Below, piece after piece: positions 8,975 to 15,805 of a DNA stretch of 55,310 nt. This DNA is from Actinomycetes bacterium. Its GTDB lineage: Bacteria > Actinomycetota > Actinomycetes > JACCUZ01. The notes under the pieces were generated by a model. That model ran no database searches, was not told the origin of the DNA, and saw nothing but the letters and a program-made list of their open reading frames with translations. Position numbers and translations under genes: made by a program. Where the stretch lies: positions 1 through 55,310 of the forward strand of contig DASVBJ010000128.1 of assembly GCA_036375895.1 (NCBI GenBank). Reading direction: 5' to 3'. How positions within the stretch are numbered: the stretch's first letter is position 1; each line of letters starts with the position of its first letter.

Positions 8975-9634
8975 GTGCAGCGCCGCGACGACCGCCTGCT
9001 CGCCGTCGCCCACCGGTCAGGCAACACCGTGGCGGGGCTGCGCGCGGCTCTCGACGCCGGGGTCGACCTCGTCGAGTGCGACGTGCACGCCTACCGCGGA
9101 GTGCTCGAGGTGCGCCACCACAAGCTGCTCGGCCCGACGCACCTGTGGGACAAGTGGGAGCTCGTCCGCCGCCGGGACTTCGCGATGGTCGAGCTGGACG
9201 AGCTGATGACCGAGCTCGGCGACGACCCCCGGCTGATGATCGACCTGAAGGGCGTGCACCGCGGCCTGGCGCCGGCGGTCGCCGCGGTGCTGCGCAGCCA
9301 CGCGCCCGAGACGGCGTTCGCGGTGTGCACCAAGCACTGGTGGATGCTCGACGAGTTCGACCCGCCGGTCCGCCGGATCCTGTCGGCCAGCAACCGTCGG
9401 GCGCTCGACCGCCTGCTGCGCCGGCTGGACGACCAGCCGGAGTACGGCGTGTCCGTGCGGCTGGCGCTGCTCACCCCCGAGGTCGTGCAGCGGCTGCGCC
9501 GGCGCACCGAGGTGGTCCTGACGTGGGGTGTCGACGCGCCCGAGACCCTGGTCCGGGCCCGGTCGGTGGGGGTGGACGGGGTGATCAGCAAGGACCTGGA
9601 CCTGCTCCGCGCGCTGCTCACGGAAAGTCGCTGA
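8975..9634 (+). CDS. glycerophosphodiester phosphodiesterase (GDPD)-like protein
   Basis: AHRSGN...GVDLVECDVH...MIDLK...GVDGVISKD matches the GDPD TIM-barrel pattern. GTG start lies 1 nt after the PAP2 stop. Confidence 0.65.
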   Translation: MQRRDDRLLAVAHRSGNTVAGLRAALDAGVDLVECDVHAYRGVLEVRHHKLLGPTHLWDKWELVRRRDFAMVELDELMTELGDDPRLMIDLKGVHRGLAPAVAAVLRSHAPETAFAVCTKHWWMLDEFDPPVRRILSASNRRALDRLLRRLDDQPEYGVSVRLALLTPEVVQRLRRRTEVVLTWGVDAPETLVRARSVGVDGVISKDLDLLRALLTESR

Positions 9635-9770
9635 AGCGCCACGCTGCGTGGCTAAATGTCCTGCATTTGGTCAAGTAGGTCGAAAAATGCCAACCGTCGC
9701 CTGATCCGCAGGTCACGCTGCGTCTGGCCATCCGGCCGACCAGCCACCCTTTCCGGACAAGGCAGGGTTC

Positions 9771-12700
9771 ATGAACCGATCACTTCGTAGGAGAGCGGCG
9801 CGAACCGGCGCCGCTCTCGTCACCCTCGGCGCCCTGGTCGCCGCCGGCGCCACCGCGCTGCCGGCGCAGGCCGCCCCCTCCGGCGGCTCGACCAAGAGCC
9901 AGCTCGGCAAGCACGACCGCGAGCTGCTCGCCGAGGCGCGTGCCGCCGGCGAGCGCACCGTGACGCTCCTCATCGCCTCCGCGCCCGGCAAGAACAGCAC
10001 GGTCGCCTCCGCCCTGGCCGCCATGGGCGCCACCGTCGTCAAGCGCGAGGACGCCGTCGACTACCTGCGGGCACGGGTGGCGATCGGCTCGGCAGAGAAG
10101 GCCGCGAACCTGTCCGGCATCGTTGCCGCCGACCTCGACGAGGTCGTCCCGCTCGAGGACCCGCGTCCCGACGCCGGCGCATCGGGCGAGGGCTCGGTCG
10201 CCCCGACGCCGTACGCGCCGCCTGGGGCCGGCACGCCGCAGATCAACCCGTACATGCCGATCGGCGACACGGGGGCGGCGCAGTTCCAGCAGTCCCACCC
10301 GACGTACGACGGGCGCGGCGTGACCATCGGCATCGTCGACTCGGGCATCGACCTCGACCACCCGGCGCTGCAGACCACCACCACGGGCGAGCGCAAGATC
10401 ACCGACTGGGTGACCGCCACCGACGAGACCGGTGACGACGACCCCACCTGGCTGGACATGAAGACCCAGGTGTCCGCGTCGCCGACGTTCACGTCGGGCG
10501 GCACGACGTACACCGCGCCCTCCGCCGGCACCTTCCGCTTCGCGGTGTTCAACGAGCGCGACCCGCGGCTCGGCGGCGAGGTCGGCAGCGACGTCAACCG
10601 CGACGGGAACCCGGCCGGCAGCAGCGGCACGTTCGGTGTCCTGTGGAACACCGGCACCAACGACGTCTACGTCGACACGAACCAGAACGGCTCGTTCGCC
10701 GACGAGCAGGCGATGACCGACTACCGGGCGCGCAACGACGTCGGGCACTTCGGCACTGACAACCCGGCGACCTCGACCCGTGAGCAGATGCCGTTCGTGG
10801 TGCAGACCGACGGGCGCACCAAGTTCGTCAACATCGGCATCGTCTCGGGCGCCCACGGCTCGCACGTGGCCGGCATCACCGCGGCCAACGGCATGTTCGG
10901 CGGCGCGATGACCGGCGCGGCGCCGGGCGCGAAGCTCAAGGCCGTCCGCGTCTGCATGTTCATCACGGGCTGCACCGCGCACGCCCTGATCGAGGGCATG
11001 ACGTTCATCGCCAAGCAGGGCAACGTCGACGTCATCAACATGTCGATCGGCGGACTGCCGGCGCTCAACGACGGCAACAACACCCGGGCCGTGCTCTACG
11101 ACCGGCTGATCGAGACCTACAACGTGCAGATGTTCATCTCCGCCGGCAACAGCGGCGCGGGCCTGAACACCATCGGTGACCCGTCGGTGGCCTCCAAGGT
11201 CATGAGCATCGGGTCCTACATCACCAACGCGACGTGGCGGAGCAACTACGGCTCGAGCACGGTGCAGGACGACAACATCCACCCGTACTCGTCGCGCGGG
11301 CCGCGGGAGGACGGCGGGTTCAAGCCGCAGGTGCTCGCGCCCGGCTCCGCCGTGTCGACCATCCCGACCTGGCAGTCCACGGTGGGCGCCTGCCTGCCCT
11401 ACAACTGCCCGACCGGGTACGCGATGTTCAACGGCACGTCGATGGCCTCTCCGCAGGCCGCCGGCGCGGCGGCGCTGCTCGTCTCGGCGGCCAAGCAGGC
11501 CGGCGTGCAGAGCCAGCCCGCCCAGCTGCGCCAGGCGATCAACTCCAGCGCCCGGTTCATCGACGGGTACGGCGCCTTCGAGCAGGGCAACGGCCTGATG
11601 AACGTGCCGGCCGCGTGGGACCTGCTGAAGAAGAACGCGAAGACCGTCGACATCCGCTCGTCGGTCCCGGTGAACACCGTGCTGTCCGGCTTCCTCGCCA
11701 CCCCCGGCGTCGGGCAGGGCATCTACGACCGCGAGGGCGTCACTGCCGGTGACAGCTACACCCGCACGTACACCTTCACCCGTACGTCGGGTGGCGGCGG
11801 CACCAGGACCTACGCGTTGTCGTGGGTCGGCAACGACGGCACGTTCTCGACCGAGCCGACATCCATCGCGCTGCCGCTCAACACGGCGAAGACGCTGGAG
11901 GTCACGGTCCACCCGACGTCGTCCGGCATCCACTCCGCGGTGCTGAACCTCGACGACGCGACCAACCCCGGCATCGAGGCGCAGACGATGAACACCGTGG
12001 TCGCGGCGGACCGCTTCACGGCGGGGGCCAACTACACCGTCAGCAAGTCGGGGACCATCGCCCGGAACCAGTCGAAGAGCTTCTTCTTCTACGTCCCGGC
12101 CGGCACGCCCGCGTTCAAGGTGGACCTGGCGGCCGGCGGTGACCCCGGCAAGGGCCAGGTCCGGTTCCTGCGGTTCCACCCGTACGGCGTGGGCCTGGAG
12201 TCCAACTCGACGCCGAACTACTACAACCCGCCCGTGCCCGGGTGCAGCGCCGGGTGCTCCGTCGCGGCGGCCACCAGCCGCACGACGAGCAACCCGACGG
12301 CCGGTGTCTGGGAGGTCACGGTCGAGGCGCGGCGCACCTCCGACGTGCTGGAGGCGCCGTTCACCCTGACCGCGTCGATCCTCGGGGCGTCGGTGTCGCC
12401 GAACCCGGACGTCATCACTTCGGCGACCCTGGGTGCCCCGATCGCGCATGAGTACACGCTGACCAACCTGTTCGGCCCGTTCACGGGCCGGGCGGTCGGC
12501 ACGACGCTGGGCAGCGCCAAGCGGGCCACGCCCACGATCGCGAACGGCGCGCAGCAGCAGTACCCGGTCACGGTGACCGCGGGCTCGACCTCCCTGCGGG
12601 CCACCATCGGCGGCACCAGCGACCCGGCGGCCGACCTGGACCTGTTCGTCTTCAACTGCACGTCCGGCACCTGCGTGCTGGCCGGGCAGTCCGCGGACGG

Positions 12701-13019
12701 GGACAGCGAGGAGTCGGTCACCGTCAACAACCCGGCGGCGGGCACCTGGGTCGTCCTGGTCGACGGCTACGCGGTGCCGGCGGGCACGACGACGTACAAC
12801 TACGTCGACGTGTTCACCAACGCGGCGTTCGGCTCGGTCAGCGTGACCGACGCCAACGCGCTGCGCCCGGCAGCGTTCTCGTGGACCGTGCCCGGAGCGG
12901 TGACCGTGAACGCCGCTCCGGCCGCCGGCCGGGTGCTGCTCGGCAACGTCCAGGTGCGGACCGACGCGAACGTGCTGATCGGCTCCGGTGACGTGGTGGT
13001 GGAGAGCGTCACGCCGTAG
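9771..13019 (+). CDS. secreted S8 (subtilisin-family) serine peptidase, TPPII-like architecture with a C-terminal pre-peptidase (PPC) domain
   Basis: Signal peptide MNRSLRRRAARTGAALVTLGALVAAGATALPAQA/AP. Catalytic triad motifs GIVDSGIDLDHP (Asp), HGSHVAGI (His) and GTSMASPQAAG (Ser). A spacer of about 170 aa separates Asp from His. C-terminal DLDLFVF...GTWVVLVDGY is PPC-like. Confidence 0.9.
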   Translation: MNRSLRRRAARTGAALVTLGALVAAGATALPAQAAPSGGSTKSQLGKHDRELLAEARAAGERTVTLLIASAPGKNSTVASALAAMGATVVKREDAVDYLRARVAIGSAEKAANLSGIVAADLDEVVPLEDPRPDAGASGEGSVAPTPYAPPGAGTPQINPYMPIGDTGAAQFQQSHPTYDGRGVTIGIVDSGIDLDHPALQTTTTGERKITDWVTATDETGDDDPTWLDMKTQVSASPTFTSGGTTYTAPSAGTFRFAVFNERDPRLGGEVGSDVNRDGNPAGSSGTFGVLWNTGTNDVYVDTNQNGSFADEQAMTDYRARNDVGHFGTDNPATSTREQMPFVVQTDGRTKFVNIGIVSGAHGSHVAGITAANGMFGGAMTGAAPGAKLKAVRVCMFITGCTAHALIEGMTFIAKQGNVDVINMSIGGLPALNDGNNTRAVLYDRLIETYNVQMFISAGNSGAGLNTIGDPSVASKVMSIGSYITNATWRSNYGSSTVQDDNIHPYSSRGPREDGGFKPQVLAPGSAVSTIPTWQSTVGACLPYNCPTGYAMFNGTSMASPQAAGAAALLVSAAKQAGVQSQPAQLRQAINSSARFIDGYGAFEQGNGLMNVPAAWDLLKKNAKTVDIRSSVPVNTVLSGFLATPGVGQGIYDREGVTAGDSYTRTYTFTRTSGGGGTRTYALSWVGNDGTFSTEPTSIALPLNTAKTLEVTVHPTSSGIHSAVLNLDDATNPGIEAQTMNTVVAADRFTAGANYTVSKSGTIARNQSKSFFFYVPAGTPAFKVDLAAGGDPGKGQVRFLRFHPYGVGLESNSTPNYYNPPVPGCSAGCSVAAATSRTTSNPTAGVWEVTVEARRTSDVLEAPFTLTASILGASVSPNPDVITSATLGAPIAHEYTLTNLFGPFTGRAVGTTLGSAKRATPTIANGAQQQYPVTVTAGSTSLRATIGGTSDPAADLDLFVFNCTSGTCVLAGQSADGDSEESVTVNNPAAGTWVVLVDGYAVPAGTTTYNYVDVFTNAAFGSVSVTDANALRPAAFSWTVPGAVTVNAAPAAGRVLLGNVQVRTDANVLIGSGDVVVESVTP

Positions 13020-13036
13020 CACCGGCGACGTGACGC

Positions 13037-13073
13037 GGGAGGCCCCGCCGGCAGCGCGCCGGCGGGGCCTCCC
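13037..13073. terminator. bidirectional intrinsic-terminator-like hairpin between convergent genes
   Basis: Perfect 16-bp arms GGGAGGCCCCGCCGGC / GCCGGCGGGGCCTCCC with a 5-nt loop. It lies between the S8 peptidase stop (13019) and the hydrolase stop (13092). There is no U-tract. Confidence 0.6.
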
Positions 13074-13091
13074 GTCGTACCGGGACAGGTG

Positions 13092-13901
13092 TCAGCCGGT
13101 GGTCGACCGGATCAGCCGCACCGTCTGGTCGGGCACGTCCCACATCGGGACGTGCCCGCACCGGGTCAGCGTGACCCAGCGGGCGTGCGCCGGCGCCAGC
13201 CGGCGGTCCTGGCACGAGCCGGCCGGCAGGATGCGGTCGTCGTCGCCGAACGCGACGGTCACCGCGACGTCGGCGGGCACGTCGGGCCCGCGGAAGAACC
13301 GGGTGCCGACCATGCCGGCGTCCGCCGCCTCGAAGCCGGTCGCGTTGGCCATCGCCCTGGCCGCGTCGACGGCGGTGACCGTCTCGAGCCGCCGGGCCAC
13401 GGTCGTGTAGGCGCGCAGGGTGACGGCGCGCCCCCAGGACCGGCCCAGGACCAGCGGGTGCAGCCGGGTGGTGTGCCGGGCAAGGCCGCGGTTGACCGAG
13501 ATCGTCCGGCTGGGTCGCCGGGGCACCAGCCAGAGGCCGGCCGGTGCGAGCGCGGTGACGCTCGCGACGCGCCCGGTCGCGGCGAGCTCGAGCGCCACCC
13601 ACCCGCCGAGGGAGTTGCCGGCGACGTGCGGCCGGTCCAGGCCCAGCGCGTCGACGAGCCGCAGGATGCTCGCGGCCAGCGCCTCCGGCGAGACGTCGGC
13701 CCCGTCCGGCAGCGCGGGGGAGTCGCCGTGACCGGGCAGGTCGACGGTCAGCACGTCGTACGACGTGTGCAGCGCCGGCAGCACCGGCCGCCACACCGAG
13801 CGGGCGCTGCCGAGGCCGTGCACCAGCAGCAGCGGCGACCCGGAGCCGGCGCGCTCGTAGGCGAGCCCGGCGGCGTGCCGCACCGGCTCGTCGCGGCTCA
13901 C
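13092..13901 (-). CDS. alpha/beta hydrolase
   Basis: LLLVHGLGSARSVW, nucleophile elbow VAGNSLGGW and C-terminal CGHVPMWD. GTG start at 13901 overlaps the upstream stop (GTGA). Confidence 0.85.
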   Translation of the reverse strand: MSRDEPVRHAAGLAYERAGSGSPLLLVHGLGSARSVWRPVLPALHTSYDVLTVDLPGHGDSPALPDGADVSPEALAASILRLVDALGLDRPHVAGNSLGGWVALELAATGRVASVTALAPAGLWLVPRRPSRTISVNRGLARHTTRLHPLVLGRSWGRAVTLRAYTTVARRLETVTAVDAARAMANATGFEAADAGMVGTRFFRGPDVPADVAVTVAFGDDDRILPAGSCQDRRLAPAHARWVTLTRCGHVPMWDVPDQTVRLIRSTTG

Positions 13902-14251
13902 AGCACCGACCGCACCGCGTCCTCGGAGCGACCGAGCACCGTGGTGCCGTCGTCGGCAGTGATGATCGGGCGCTGGATCAGGACGGGGTTCGTGGTGAGC
14001 GCCTCGACCCAGCGGGCGCGCGCGCTCGCGTCGCGGGGAAGGTCGGCGAGCCCCAGCTCGGCGGCCACCGGCTCGCCGAGGCGCGCGACGTCCCACGGCT
14101 CGAGGCCGAGCCGGGCGAGCACCGCCTCGAGCTCGGCGGCCGACGGCGGGTCGTCCAGGTAGCGGCGGACCGTGTACTCGGCGCCCGCGGCGTCGAGCAG
14201 CTCGGTGGCGGCGCTGCACTTGGAGCAGGCGGGGTTGACCCAGATCTCCAC
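13898..14251 (-). CDS. ArsC/Spx-family (arsenate-reductase-like, YfgD-type) thioredoxin-fold protein
   Basis: 117 aa with IWVNPACSKCSAATELL...NPVLIQRPII...GRSEDAV. GTG start at 14251 overlaps the upstream TAG by 1 nt. Confidence 0.75.
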   Translation of the reverse strand: MEIWVNPACSKCSAATELLDAAGAEYTVRRYLDDPPSAAELEAVLARLGLEPWDVARLGEPVAAELGLADLPRDASARARWVEALTTNPVLIQRPIITADDGTTVLGRSEDAVRSVL

Positions 14252-14742
14252 TACGCGTCCACCAGCCCGACGTCGGCGGGCTGCCCGCCGGTGAGGCGCA
14301 GCAGCTCGTCGAAGGTCGTGGGGAAGACGGTGTGCGGGTGCCCGGCGGCGGCCCACACCTCGTCGTACCGCTGCAGCTCGACGTCGACGAGGGTCCGCAG
14401 CGGCTCGGGGTGGCCGACCGGCGCGACACCGCCGATCGCGAAGCCGGTGTGGGTGCGGACGAACTCGGGGGTGGCCCGCTCGACGTGGTCGGCCCCCACC
14501 AGGGCGGCGACCTTGCCGGTGTCCACCCGGTGACCGCCCGAGGCGAGCACGAGCAGCGGGGCGCCGTCGGCGGAGAAGACCAGCGAGTTGGCGATCTGGG
14601 CCACCTCGACGCCGAGCTGCGCCGCCGCCTGGGCGGCCGTCCGGGCCGAGTCGTCGAGGAGGCGGACCCGGTCGGTCGGCGCGTGGGCGCCGAGGTCGGT
14701 GAGCGCGCGCAGGACGCGTTCGACGCTGGGGTGCGTGAGCAT
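14251..14742 (-). CDS. YbaK/EbsC-family aminoacyl-tRNA editing (deacylase) domain protein
   Basis: 163 aa with ANSLVF...LLVLASGGHRVD..K...TGFAIGGVAPVGH, the typical YbaK-like pattern. Confidence 0.75.
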   Translation of the reverse strand: MLTHPSVERVLRALTDLGAHAPTDRVRLLDDSARTAAQAAAQLGVEVAQIANSLVFSADGAPLLVLASGGHRVDTGKVAALVGADHVERATPEFVRTHTGFAIGGVAPVGHPEPLRTLVDVELQRYDEVWAAAGHPHTVFPTTFDELLRLTGGQPADVGLVDA

Positions 14743-14794
14743 CCGCCGAGGTTAACGCGGACGTGAGGCGTCCTGACGGGAAGGCCTTGCGGTT

Positions 14795-14817
14795 CTGTCG
14801 GGGGCGGGGTTTACTCT
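14795..14817 (+). promoter_or_regulatory. candidate damage-inducible RecA-independent (PafBC-type, RecA-NDp-like) promoter
   Basis: cTGTCGggg - 8 nt - TACTCT, compared with the mycobacterial motif tTGTCRgtg-8nt-TAnnnT. The TGTCG core, the exact 8-nt spacing and the TAnnnT -10 all match; 2 flanking positions mismatch. Confidence 0.4.
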
Positions 14818-14825
14818 GGTCTTGT

Positions 14826-14841
14826 TCGAACAGATGTTCGA
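14826..14841 (+). promoter_or_regulatory. LexA operator (actinobacterial SOS box)
   Basis: Perfect palindrome TCGAAC-AGAT-GTTCGA equals the TCGAAC-N4-GTTCGA consensus. It begins 8 nt downstream of the TACTCT -10 element, upstream of the DUF6504/HEPN/dnaE2 operon. Confidence 0.85.
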
Positions 14842-14951
14842 ACAACGCGGAAGGGGTGGGGCTCGCGGCCCGCCGCTTCCGAGGTGGCGGCGTCCCGCCC
14901 GGGAGACGGACCTCGACCCCCGGCCTGTCGGGCGGGATCGCCGGCCACCAC

Positions 14952-14998
14952 AGACAGGGCAGATGGCGACAGATGGCGACAGCGGCGACAGATGGCGC
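14952..14998 (+). repeat. 4-5 tandem 9-10-bp direct repeats (AGATGGCGAC) in the operon leader
   Basis: Units: agacagggc / agatggcgac / agatggcgac / agcggcgac / agatggcgc. They lie between the LexA box and the first start codon at 15036. Confidence 0.7.
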
Positions 14999-15035
14999 GT
15001 GCAGGGCGGCGGGCGCGGAGCGGGAAGGGGTTGGC

Positions 15036-15332
15036 ATGACGCGGCGGTACGACGACCCGGTGGAGGTGCGGCGACGCGACGAGGAGCCGTCGGAGTTCCT
15101 GTGGCGGGGCCGGCTCTACGTGGTGCGCGGGGTGCTCGCGCACTGGGTGGAGACGGGGGCGTGGTGGCAGACCGGCGCGACCCAGGGCTCGGCCGCTCTC
15201 GTCCTCGACGGCGCCGAGCGGGAGGTGTGGCGGGTGGAGGCCAGCGCCGGGCGGGTGCACGGAGCCGGTGTCTACGACCTGTCCTTCGACTGGGCCGCAG
15301 GGGGCTGGACCCTCCTGCGGACCCTCGACTGA
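15036..15332 (+). CDS. DUF6504-like small protein (98 aa)
   Basis: ATG is preceded by GGGAAGGGG. MTRRYDDPVEVRRRDEEPSEFLWRGRLYVVRGVLAHWVETGAWWQ resembles the actinobacterial DUF6504 family as I recall it. It is the first gene after the SOS box. Confidence 0.6.
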   Translation: MTRRYDDPVEVRRRDEEPSEFLWRGRLYVVRGVLAHWVETGAWWQTGATQGSAALVLDGAEREVWRVEASAGRVHGAGVYDLSFDWAAGGWTLLRTLD

Positions 15333-15794
15333 GTGGCGGTGACGGCGATGACCCCGCCCACGAGACCCCCGAGGGGCCTTCGGCCACCGGTGGTCGCGGC
15401 GGCCTGCGACCTGCTCGAGACCGCCCGGCGCGACCTGGCCGAGGCCATGACCACCACGGTCCCGACCGAGCGCTACGCCGCGGCGCACCGCGCCGCCCTG
15501 CACACCACGGCGGCCGTCCTCGCGGTGCGGGCCCGGCCGGTGGCAGCCAAGCGCCCGAGCAGCGCCTGGGCGCTGCTGCCGCAGGTCGCGCCCGAGCTCA
15601 CCGAGTGGGCGGCGTTCTTCGCCGCCGGGGCTCGCAAGCGGGCCGCGGCGGAGGCCGGCCTCACCCGGTCGGTCAGCACGAGAGAGGCCGACGACCTGCT
15701 GCGGGACGCGCAGACCTTCCTCGCCCTGGTCGAGACCACCCTCGGGCTCGACCACCAGCCGGTGCTGCCGCACCTGGCCGACCGGGCCAGCTGA
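15333..15794 (+). CDS. HEPN-like all-helical protein (SAV_6107-family-like), 153 aa
   Basis: GTG follows the upstream TGA directly (alternative starts at 15339 and 15348). ERYAAAHRAALHTTAAVLAVRARP ... SAWALLPQVAPELTEWAAFFAAGARKRAAAEAG ... STREADDLLRDAQTFL resembles the SAV_6107-type HEPN family. Confidence 0.55.
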   Translation: MAVTAMTPPTRPPRGLRPPVVAAACDLLETARRDLAEAMTTTVPTERYAAAHRAALHTTAAVLAVRARPVAAKRPSSAWALLPQVAPELTEWAAFFAAGARKRAAAEAGLTRSVSTREADDLLRDAQTFLALVETTLGLDHQPVLPHLADRAS

Positions 15795-15805
15795 CCGCGG
15801 CTCTC

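Noticed and set aside
9780-13022. 1080-aa ORF antisense to the S8 peptidase gene
   Set aside because: The composition is Arg/Gly/Pro/Ala-dominated with no motifs. It mirrors the sense gene exactly, which has a clear catalytic triad and signal peptide. It is a typical stop-poor shadow frame of GC-rich DNA.
14822-15805. N-terminal 328-aa extension of the dnaE2 ORF in the track
   Set aside because: It runs across the LexA box, the leader repeats and two better-supported genes in other frames, and it is Arg/Gly/Pro-rich. The ATG at 15806 begins exactly at the conserved PHP-domain N-terminus.
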